This document shows positions 1 to 8,100 of a stretch of DNA of 42,586 nucleotides, one piece after another. Numbering within the stretch: the first letter of the stretch is position 1; each line of letters begins with the position of its first letter. The stretch is from Candidatus Woesearchaeota archaeon. GTDB taxonomy: Archaea; Nanobdellota; Nanobdellia; SCGC-AAA011-G17; GW2011-AR20. The stretch spans positions 1 to 42,586 of the forward strand of contig JAGVYZ010000019.1 in assembly GCA_018303025.1 (NCBI GenBank). The letters run 5' to 3'. The position numbers were made by a program, and so were the translations under genes. The notes beneath the pieces are model-generated. The model was given only the letters and a program-made list of their open reading frames with translations. It did not search any database and was not told the origin of the DNA.

Positions 1-74
1 TAATAATTAAATAATAATTAAATAATAATTAAATAATAATTAAATAATAATTAAATAATAATTAAATAATAATA
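1..74. repeat. 11-bp tandem repeat (TAATAATTAAA), 6 full copies plus a partial one, at the window edge
   Basis: Direct reading: positions 1-66 are six exact copies of taataattaaa, followed by the partial copy taataata. Confidence 0.9.
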
Positions 75-83
75 TAAAAGAAA

Positions 84-422
84 ATGAAAAAGAAAGAAAA
101 CAAATCATTATTTTTGAAATATTTTGGAGACACCCCCCAATTGAGAGTTATAGATTTTCTTATTGATAATCACTTTTTTGATTATCCTGTAACTGAAATA
201 GCAAGAGAAAGCAATGTAAGTTATAATTCTCTTAAATTATTCTTTTCTGATTTTATTAAATCTAAGATTGTTATAAAAACAAGAAAAATAGGAAAATCTG
301 ATTATTTCAAACTTAATCTAGAGAACCTTTTTGTTAAGAATCTGATAAAACTTGACTGGGATTTAATAAACAAAAATTCTTTTATTGAAACAGAGAAGCA
401 AACTGTTTGCATTAGCCATTAA
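84..422 (+). CDS. small winged-helix DNA-binding protein (putative transcriptional regulator)
   Basis: 112-aa ORF. The segment YPVTEIARESNVSYNSLKLFFSDFIKSKIVIKTRKIGKSDYFKLN reads as helix-turn-helix plus a beta-wing. No family assignment is possible by eye. Confidence 0.5.
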   Translation: MKKKENKSLFLKYFGDTPQLRVIDFLIDNHFFDYPVTEIARESNVSYNSLKLFFSDFIKSKIVIKTRKIGKSDYFKLNLENLFVKNLIKLDWDLINKNSFIETEKQTVCISH

Positions 423-452
423 TTATTTTTTTAAATTAAACTTAAAGGAAAA

Positions 453-641
453 TTATTGCTTATCAAGAATTGCTTTTTTCTTTCTCATTGATTCTTCTTT
501 TGCTTTTATTTCTTTTTCATAATAATTTACTAATTCTGGAAAATCATCTCTTTCTGCCTGCTCTTTTTTTATTTTATGAATCTCTATCTGCTCATTTATT
601 GATTTAATTCCTTTTTTCAATCTTTTTTTCCTATTTACCAT
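453..641 (-). CDS. small Lys/Glu-rich helical protein, second gene of the NTase module
   Basis: 62-aa ORF predicted to form one long charged helix. Its start overlaps the stop of the upstream 635..1450 gene by 7 nt, suggesting coupled expression. Confidence 0.45.
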   Translation of the reverse strand: MVNRKKRLKKGIKSINEQIEIHKIKKEQAERDDFPELVNYYEKEIKAKEESMRKKKAILDKQ

Positions 642-1450
642 TTTTTCTTAAGATTTTCAATTTCTCTTATTAATAGACCTAACAATGATTCAGCCTGATT
701 TAATTGAACTGATTCAAATGGTTTTTTATCATTTCTGACTGCCTGATAAATATTGTAAACCTTCTCATAATCAACTTGAGAATTTTTTACAATCCAGTCT
801 CTAAACATCTTTTTTGAATATAATTTTTTATTTAAAATCATGTTTACTATGAAAATTCCCCTTAGCCTTAATATTAAGGAATATATTACGCTTTCAGATG
901 CATTATTTTGTTTAAGTTTGATATCCATGTCAATTATCTTTTTATTAGAGATTATGGAATTTTCAGTGTCTTTTAAGAAATCTTTGAAGTAGCTAAAATT
1001 AACTCTTTCTTCTTTTAATTTTTTTAAATATGATGAGTTTATTATTGGTTTTGCTTCCTGCAACATTGAATAAAATAAGACAGGATTTAATTTTTTTGCT
1101 GTTTCTATTTTGTCTTCGGGAATCACTATTATTTCCATGTTTTTTTCCTTTATGCTAAATTTTTCATCTGAAATTACAAAAAAATCCATGTCTGAATCAT
1201 TATCTGCTTCATTCCTTGCATAGCTTCCAAAAAGAAAAACTGCTGTTACTTTTTCCATGTATGGACTAATAACCTTTAAAATTTCCTCTTTTGGACTTTT
1301 TTTTGGAATTCTTGTAAGAATAATTTCCTCGTTCAGCCATTCTTTTGGCGCAAACACATGAGCACCATTTCCTATTTCAGTTACTTTTCTTATTACCTTT
1401 TCCATAGTATATACTGAGTATATACTTATTTTTAAATCTTTTGGTTTCAC
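635..1450 (-). CDS. nucleotidyltransferase-domain protein with an N-terminal AbrB/SpoVT-like (DUF2080-type) domain
   Basis: Minimal NTase signature LFGSYARNEADNDSDMDFFV (GS-x9-SD-x-D). The N-terminal VTEIGNGAHVFAPKEWLNEEIILTRI resembles a swapped-hairpin DNA-binding domain. The track start at 1450 is a GTG inside a palindromic motif, so the ATG at 1405 (MEKVIRKV) is the more likely start. Confidence 0.7.
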   Translation of the reverse strand: MKPKDLKISIYSVYTMEKVIRKVTEIGNGAHVFAPKEWLNEEIILTRIPKKSPKEEILKVISPYMEKVTAVFLFGSYARNEADNDSDMDFFVISDEKFSIKEKNMEIIVIPEDKIETAKKLNPVLFYSMLQEAKPIINSSYLKKLKEERVNFSYFKDFLKDTENSIISNKKIIDMDIKLKQNNASESVIYSLILRLRGIFIVNMILNKKLYSKKMFRDWIVKNSQVDYEKVYNIYQAVRNDKKPFESVQLNQAESLLGLLIREIENLKKKW

Positions 1451-1458
1451 TTGAAACC
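1443..1458. promoter_or_regulatory. palindromic motif GGTTTCACTTGAAACC upstream of the NTase gene
   Basis: Inverted repeat GTTTC-N4-GAAAC. It belongs to the same motif family as four sites at 3184-3275 upstream of the paralogous NTase operon. Confidence 0.5.
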
Positions 1459-1556
1459 TAACATAGATTCATTTGAACTATTTCTTAGATTAATACAGAA
1501 AATTATGCGAAGACAATTCGTTGAATTTGAAGTTGAGAAATAATTACTTTTTTAAA

Positions 1557-2099
1557 TTAAACGAAAAGTAGTGGGGAAGGCACCCCTAATTTTTCTTTTA
1601 TTTTTGGAGAAGCATATAATTGACCTTGTTCGATATCAGTTCCTGAAACAGCTAAAAGTGTATATTGATTACAACCAAATGCATCTAATGCAGGGATAAT
1701 GCTTGAACTTTTGCAATATTTACATAAAGTTCTTCCCTTCTTGGTGCAAATGTTAATTCTAATGTAGGCAATTCTAAACAAATGTTTTAATCTTTCTTCT
1801 AATTGGAATGTAGAAAATGTTTTTCTTCTAAATTCATCGTCACAAGGAGCTGGATTTCTTATTGATTCACGATGATTTTTTTATGTTATTGGATAAATTC
1901 TGAAATCTGGAGTGCAATGCATTGGTACACCTAATCTTCCGATACTAGTATGGAAATCTAATTCTTTTTCTGTTGGTGGTTGTTGTCCGCCTAAAATTTG
2001 TAACATAAAATCTAAATCAAAGATTCTTCTTTTATCTTGTCCAAAATATTTTTCCCAAACATATATTGTTGCAAGACTAGCTGTAGTTTCGTAAGCCAT
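1557..2099 (-). pseudogene. unrecognised ~180-codon gene interrupted by a single in-frame TAA
   Basis: ORFs 1881..2099 and 1557..1781 share one frame. I translated the 33 codons between them and they are open, so only the TAA at 1881-1883 breaks the reading frame. Confidence 0.55.
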
Positions 2100-2180
2100 A
2101 AAATATGTTGTTTAGAAAATTATTTAAGACTTTCTTTTTTAAATTAATCTTATTGCATAAATTGAACAAAGGAATGCAAC

Positions 2181-2795
2181 TCAATATTCAATGAACTTTT
2201 TTATTTTAACTGTAATTTTGTTTTTTTTGAAAAAACTATGAAAAATATTAAAATGCTCTGAAGGAATAACAATGCAACCTTTTCCAAGTCTTTCTCCATT
2301 ATATTTTTGCAATAAACCACGATAGAACTTTTTATTCTGATTATAACCAAAAATCTGCTTGTTAAATAAAACTCTTTTTGAATTTGGCTTTATATTTTCC
2401 CATATAAGCATTGAATTATGTTTTCCTTCTTTTGTTGAGTACTTAAATTTACCATAAAGCAAAATACCATTAGAAGCTATGCTTGAATGCAAATCTTTCC
2501 AATTATCTAAACTTCCTATTTTAAGGCTTATATTGTTATTTATATCAAGAAGTTTCCAATAATTTTTATATTTGCCTGATTCAAAAAATCTTTCTATGCA
2601 TTTATTAATATCTGATTCTATTTTTTTATTTTCTTCGATTACATCTATGAAAATATCTATATCTGAATTTGGTGATTCTTCACTTCTTGCTACAGAGCCA
2701 AATAAGATTATATTTCTTATTTTATCATTAAAACTTGTTTTTTCTAACAAAAATGAAGTAAAATCCATAGCATAAGAGATTAACCTATAATTCAC
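2181..2795 (-). CDS. nucleotidyltransferase-domain protein (~205-aa paralog family, copy 1)
   Basis: Signature LFGSVARSEESPNSDIDIFIDV. It shares the GILLYGKxK block and the C-terminal FGY...G.LG....IP block with 34187..34819 and 36700..37332. It overlaps the upstream partner gene by 11 nt. Confidence 0.8.
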   Translation of the reverse strand: MNYRLISYAMDFTSFLLEKTSFNDKIRNIILFGSVARSEESPNSDIDIFIDVIEENKKIESDINKCIERFFESGKYKNYWKLLDINNNISLKIGSLDNWKDLHSSIASNGILLYGKFKYSTKEGKHNSMLIWENIKPNSKRVLFNKQIFGYNQNKKFYRGLLQKYNGERLGKGCIVIPSEHFNIFHSFFKKNKITVKIKKFIEY

Positions 2796-3183
2796 TTAAA
2801 CCAACTCCTCTAAATAATTCTTTTAGTTTGTTTAGATTTTCAATTACTTCTTGAATTAACTCTAGCTTTTGCGGTTTTCCATAACACAAAATATTTCTTT
2901 TTTCTTCAATTTTTGAAATTAAGCTAAATATTTCTGCTTTTTTATCAAAGTCAAATGGAAATTTTTCTTCTATTTTCTTTTTTGAATTAAACCATTCATG
3001 TTTTATTAAAAAACCAGGGTCAATTAAACTATTTTTATGAAGAAATATCTCTAACATGTCAATAGAAGATGCTGAAGCATTAAATCCTATGTTTCTTTGC
3101 CTTTCTGCTATTCCTTTTTCTATGCTTTCATCTATAACTTCCAGACTTTCCTTTAAATTTTTTAAATGGTCTTCTATTTTCAT
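2785..3183 (-). CDS. helical partner protein of the NTase (HEPN-like by context only)
   Basis: 132-aa ORF of helical composition, directly upstream of and overlapping the NTase gene. That is the usual position of HEPN partners. I cannot see a clean R-x4-6-H motif, so the assignment is contextual. Confidence 0.5.
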   Translation of the reverse strand: MKIEDHLKNLKESLEVIDESIEKGIAERQRNIGFNASASSIDMLEIFLHKNSLIDPGFLIKHEWFNSKKKIEEKFPFDFDKKAEIFSLISKIEEKRNILCYGKPQKLELIQEVIENLNKLKELFRGVGLSEL

Positions 3184-3275
3184 GTTTCATTTGAAACCTT
3201 ATTATAGTTTCATTTGAATCTAATATATAAATCTTATGGTTTCATTTGAAACCTTATTATAGTTTCACTTGAAAC
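3184..3275. promoter_or_regulatory. array of four GTTTCAYTTGAAAC palindromes (two 35-bp direct repeats) abutting the operon start codon
   Basis: Sites lie at 3184-3197, 3207-3220 (degenerate), 3239-3252 and 3262-3275. The unit gtttcatttgaaaccttattatagtttcayttgaa occurs twice with a 55-bp offset. The first site starts 1 nt from the ATG at 3183. Confidence 0.6.
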
Positions 3276-3281
3276 TACTTC

Positions 3282-3401
3282 TTTAAATTAAACGAAAGGT
3301 AGTGGAGAAGGCATACCTAATTTTTCTTTTGTTTTTGGAGAAGCATATAATTGACCTTATTCGATATCAGTTCCTAAAACTGCCAAAAGTGTATATTAAT
3401 T
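3282..3401 (-). pseudogene. degenerate duplicate of the 3' end of the 1557..2099 gene
   Basis: 120 nt align without gaps to 1551-1670, with about 11 mismatches by eye. The copy has a CAA-to-TAA change within the coding part and lacks the rest of the gene. Confidence 0.7.
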
Positions 3402-3535
3402 GAAAAACATTTTTTTGAATGAGATAATCAGATAAAACAAAATTTGGAATAAGAATTATATTAGTTCATAATCCTTATCCTTAAATCTTGCTTCGAAAGC
3501 AGCAAGTTGCTTAAGAACTTGCTTTTTTCTTTTTT

Positions 3536-4018
3536 TTATCTAGGTGTAGTTGGTGATTTAGCATTTTTCAAGATGTCATCGATTAATGTTTCTAGTTTAG
3601 AACAAAATTTTGAAGTGCTTATTCTTTTTATACCAATTTCATCAACTTTTTTCTTGGTATCAGAATGATTCTGTCGCATGCCACTTATAAGGTAGGTTCT
3701 ATCTTTCGGTAATCTATTTATTGCAATCTCCCATCCATTTTCGTAAAGATCAAGTGGAATAAAATAAACATCTGCTCCTATATACTCTTGTAACTTAACT
3801 GGGAAAGTATCTGAGACCTTAGAAACATCTACTCCTAATTCTAATAATTCTGAAAAATTACCAAATGAATAGAGTAAATCACTCACAGGACGACCTAGGC
3901 TCCAAGGTGGACAAATACATACTTGTATATCATACCTTTGGCTTCTATTTAGATTGCTATATAAAAATTTAATTTGTGGGGCTGAATCTCCAGCAATTAC
4001 AATTCTTGGTTTGTTCAT
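3536..4018 (-). CDS. hypothetical protein (160 aa), unrecognised
   Basis: Long ORF that looks richer in G+C than its neighbours. The N-terminal KPRIVIAGDS suggests a Rossmann-like beta1 strand. No family recognised. Confidence 0.6.
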   Translation of the reverse strand: MNKPRIVIAGDSAPQIKFLYSNLNRSQRYDIQVCICPPWSLGRPVSDLLYSFGNFSELLELGVDVSKVSDTFPVKLQEYIGADVYFIPLDLYENGWEIAINRLPKDRTYLISGMRQNHSDTKKKVDEIGIKRISTSKFCSKLETLIDDILKNAKSPTTPR

Positions 4019-4024
4019 TTTTGC

Positions 4025-4282
4025 TTACCTACCTAATCTTAGGCTTGGGCTAGAGCTGTCTCTTTCTTCTCCTCTATGAACCTTTAATTCTAGTCCAGTA
4101 GATCCATCTCTTTGTTTTATGGTTTTACTATATTCCAATCTAAATGTTCCATAGGCTGTTCTAGAACAATCTTGCTTCATTTTGTCTAATATTTCTTTTT
4201 CTTCTTCTGTTTCAGGTATTAAACAATAGGCAGATCCTCCGGTTGTATATCCTATTTGAAGTGTGTATTGTTTTATTCTCAT
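4025..4282 (-). CDS. hypothetical protein (85 aa), unrecognised
   Basis: ORF 6 nt upstream of the 160-aa gene on the same strand, so probably co-transcribed. It is divergent from the TrmB regulator. Confidence 0.5.
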   Translation of the reverse strand: MRIKQYTLQIGYTTGGSAYCLIPETEEEKEILDKMKQDCSRTAYGTFRLEYSKTIKQRDGSTGLELKVHRGEERDSSSPSLRLGR

Positions 4283-4399
4283 TTTATTTACCTCCTATTT
4301 CTACATATTACTTTATAGTAATAACATATAAGAAGTATATTAATATTTACTCTCCAATATTGGAAAGTTTTTTAAGGATTAATAATATTAAAATTAATT

Positions 4400-5131
4400 A
4401 TGGATTTAAGAGTACTAGAGGATTTAGGATTATCAACAGCAGAAGCAAAAATCTATTTAGCTCTTTTAGAAGCTGGACAATCAAAAACAGGGAAAATAAT
4501 AGATTTAACAAATTTGCAAAGTAGTACTGTTTATCATGTGCTTGGCTCTTTGATTGAAAAAGGGATTGTGAGTTATATATTAAAAGGAAAAGTAAAATAT
4601 TACCAAGCTGAAAGCCCTGAAATGTTGATAAATTTTTTAGATGAGAAAAAGAAAAAACTAAGAGAAATATTACCTGAATTAAAAGAAAAAGAAGAAATAA
4701 GCAAGCAGAAACAAAATGCTAAAGTTTATGAGGGATATAAAGGAGTTATGGCTGCTTTTAATGATGTTCTGGAAACAATGAAAAAAGGAGAGGAATATTA
4801 TTTCTTCCAATTTCCTTTTGAAACATTAAATAATGAACAAGTTAGATTATTTTTAAGAAATTATCACTTAAAAAGAGCTGAAAAAGGAATTAAGGTTAAG
4901 GGAATTGCTTCTTCTGAATGCAAAACAATAATGAAAGAAATTTATAATTTACCTTATACTGAAGTTAAATATATTGATAATCCTGCACCTACTGTTGTTG
5001 TTATTTATAAAAATAAGGTATTATTTTTAGATTGGGGGAAAATTCCAGTAGCTGTAACAATACAAAGTGAATCAATTTATAATTCACATAAGAAATTTTT
5101 CTTGGAAAAGTGGAAAATAGCTAAAAAATAA
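4400..5131 (+). CDS. trmB: TrmB-family transcriptional regulator
   Basis: The N-terminal LEDLGLSTAEAKIYLALLEAGQSKTGKIIDLTNLQSSTVYHVLGSLIEKGIV is the characteristic TrmB winged-helix. The ~240-aa length fits a C-terminal sensor domain. Confidence 0.8.
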   Translation: MDLRVLEDLGLSTAEAKIYLALLEAGQSKTGKIIDLTNLQSSTVYHVLGSLIEKGIVSYILKGKVKYYQAESPEMLINFLDEKKKKLREILPELKEKEEISKQKQNAKVYEGYKGVMAAFNDVLETMKKGEEYYFFQFPFETLNNEQVRLFLRNYHLKRAEKGIKVKGIASSECKTIMKEIYNLPYTEVKYIDNPAPTVVVIYKNKVLFLDWGKIPVAVTIQSESIYNSHKKFFLEKWKIAKK

Positions 5132-5133
5132 TT

Positions 5134-8100
5134 TTATTTCTTTAAATTAATCTTAGCAAGAACTAATTGATGCATGTTTCTTAAGAATTTCATTCTGTCT
5201 TCAAATTTTAGGATATCTGTATAACCTTGTAAGACTAAATTAAATGCAAATGGAGAAGGTATTTGAGTCTGAACTTCTTTTATTTCTATTTTTCCTTTTT
5301 CAATTTCTTCTATTATTAATTTTAGATTCTGGATATCCATTAGGTCTTCTAAGACTTCTCTTTTTGCTTCTTTTAAGATTGGAAAATCTTCTGAGATTCT
5401 TCTTATTGCTGAGATTAATAACATTGAAGAAACCTGCTGTCTTCCTACTCGCTTTTTCTTTCCTTTATATTCTTTTAATATCATTAATGAGCGAACAGCA
5501 CAATGGCGAAAACGTCTCTTTAGGATTTCTGATTTTTCAATTGCTTTGTTTAAGACTTCATTTATTTCTTTGCTTTTTATTGCTTTTAATGCTTCTATTA
5601 TATTTATTTTTGATTCTGCATTTATATAGAAACCATTATCACTTATTCCCATTTCAATGTCTTTATGATAAATTCTTGAAACAGCAAAAGCTAATGCTCT
5701 TGAGAAGCAGTCATTTACTCTTCTTCCATATAATGAATGGACAATAATCTTTTTTTCATCTTCATTATTATTGTAATGCTCAATAATTATTTTAGTATTA
5801 CTTGGAACTTCATTGCAAAATAAATATTGTTCTCTAAAGTAACTATAAACTGCTTCTCCTGCATTTTTATCAACGTAAAGATATTCGTTTATGAATTTTA
5901 AGATGTCTTCCTTGCTTCTTTTTGCATTAAATTTTCCTTCCATTAATTTCCTGAATCTACCTATTTCTAATGCTAAATCAAAAGATAATGGAAGCATTTC
6001 TGAAAACCAGGAAGGAACTGTTGGAGGTCTGTCAACTGAAACTACAACTTGAGCTGTCTGACCTTTTGCGTATCTATAAATATAAGTTTGCCCGCCTAAA
6101 ACAAAAACATCACCTGGTTTTAGTCTTTCTAGGAAAGATTCATCTATTGTTCCTATAACTTGTTCTCCTAATTTAACTAAAATATTTGATTCATCTGGAA
6201 TTGTTCCAATATTAGTCATGTAAATAACTCTGGTCATTTTACCCTTTCTTCCTAGCATTTTTGTTTCAGGGTCAAACCAGACTTTTGCATAAACATTCCT
6301 GTCTTCTAATGTTGTGTATTCACCTGTTAGATAGTTTATTACATCCATGAAATCTTTTTTTTCTAATGTTTTGTAGCAATAACATCTTTTGATTAAGGCA
6401 AATAAATTATCTATGTTTATTCTATCTATACAAGTAATGCCTACTATTTGCTGGGCTAGAACATCTAGACAATTTCTTGGAATATGAATCCTATCTATTT
6501 TTCTATCTAAACTAGATTTTAAGATTACTGAACATTCGATTAAATCATCTCTGTCTAAAACAATTATTCTTCCTTTTGCTGTTTCATGAAGTTTATGGCC
6601 GGCCCGACCGCAATTATGAGTTAAAATACTCTCAACAAAAAATGAATTTGGTTCTTCTTTGAGAGTAATATTGTAAACATATCCCTCTTCTTTTATATAA
6701 TTTATAGACTCTATTTTTGTCCAAGATAAATTAAGGTCTATGTCTTTGTCATTTTTTAAATAAGCAGGAATTATTTTACTTAAAAAAATTGATTTTTTGC
6801 CCTTTAAAGTACAATTGTTTACAAAATTTAATATATGTTTTTGCCTACTAATATAAATACAGTAAATGGTATCATAATTTATTTTTTGGATTAATTTAGA
6901 TATTTTAGCTCTTTGTTCATTAAAATAATTGTGTATTCCAACTCGGTTTAATAAATTATGCAAACCCATAGCAAATTTTTTACTTGATGTAAATATTCTT
7001 ATACTATTAGAATTAACACTACCATCACCTTCAATTACACCTTCTATAAATGGAATTATTAATTCTTTAGGTAATTTATAGAGATTATTTGAGATTTCTA
7101 CTTCATGACTTTTATTTTTAGTTTTTATACCAAAAGAGAGCATTATTTCAGCTAAAAGTTTTGAACCGCAATCTAAGGTCATAAAATTATCTTTTGTTGT
7201 TAATATTTTTGGATAAAAACCAAATTTATTTAAGATTTTTTGGCATTCTTCTAATAATTTTTTATCTTTATTACCTATCTTTATTTTTAATTCTCCTGTT
7301 TTCTTATTTTTTGTTATTGAACCATCTGTAGCAACTACTCCTGTCAACCACATGAAATCTTTATCAACTTTTAATGAAATAGGAACTCTATGATGAGATT
7401 TACTTTTTAATTCAGACAAATAAGTCAAGTAATTTATTTTATTAATTTTACAAATTTCCATAATTTTTAGAAATAGGTCTAGTCTGATGCTCTTTCTTCT
7501 TCCATTTTTTCTCATATAATTTTGAAGATGGTTTTCTCTTATACCTATATTTTTAGCTAAATTCGTATATGTAATATTACTTGATTTAACATGCTGGTCT
7601 ACTACATTTCTTAGAAAGTCTTGCTTATTTTCAACATAAAATCCTTTTTGATTAATAACTTCATAAATATATGGTGTTTGATCTATAGAAAGATCAAATA
7701 TTTCGGCTACTTCTTCATCCTCTTCAAGCTCTGAAGTTTTTTTCCATCCTTCTTTGGTAAATAAAGGATGCTCTTCAGTGCATCTTATTTTAGATCCAGA
7801 ATGTAATTTTATTTCTATTAGTTCTTTATTATTATTTTTGTGATATTCTGCTATTTTGTTTTTTATAAAACCTTTTTCTTTATCAAAAGATAATATCTCA
7901 ATATCTAACTTATTTTCAACTATTTCTCCAATTTCTTTATAAGTGCCGTCTGATAATAATAATTTAGATTCATAAGGCAGGCATCTTTGTAAGGCCCTTG
8001 AAGCTGATTTTGGAGAACCTAATAAAATTACTAAATCAATGTAACCTATATCTATACCTAATTCTAAGGATGTTGAGGTTACAACTACTTTTAATTCACC

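Noticed and set aside
1881-1883. TAA read-through or genetic-code reassignment to explain the interrupted gene
   Set aside because: TAA serves as the terminator of many well-defined genes in this window (for example at 422, 5131 and 10613). A mutation or sequencing error is the economical explanation.
3489-3535. Two consecutive hairpins (CTTGCT..AGCAAG and GCAAGTT..AACTTGC) followed by a T-tract on the plus strand, considered as the terminator of an unannotated plus-strand small RNA in 3403-3535
   Set aside because: No promoter or conserved structure is discernible upstream. The T-tract overlaps the stop region of the minus-strand 160-aa gene. The evidence is too thin to call an RNA gene.
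4243-4524. 93-aa plus-strand ORF overlapping both the 85-aa gene start and the TrmB gene start, and the 12296-12481 ORF antisense to the ferredoxin
   Set aside because: Both overlap better-supported genes and encode low-complexity or hydrophobic peptides. The TrmB reading frame, with its characteristic HTH, explains the region.
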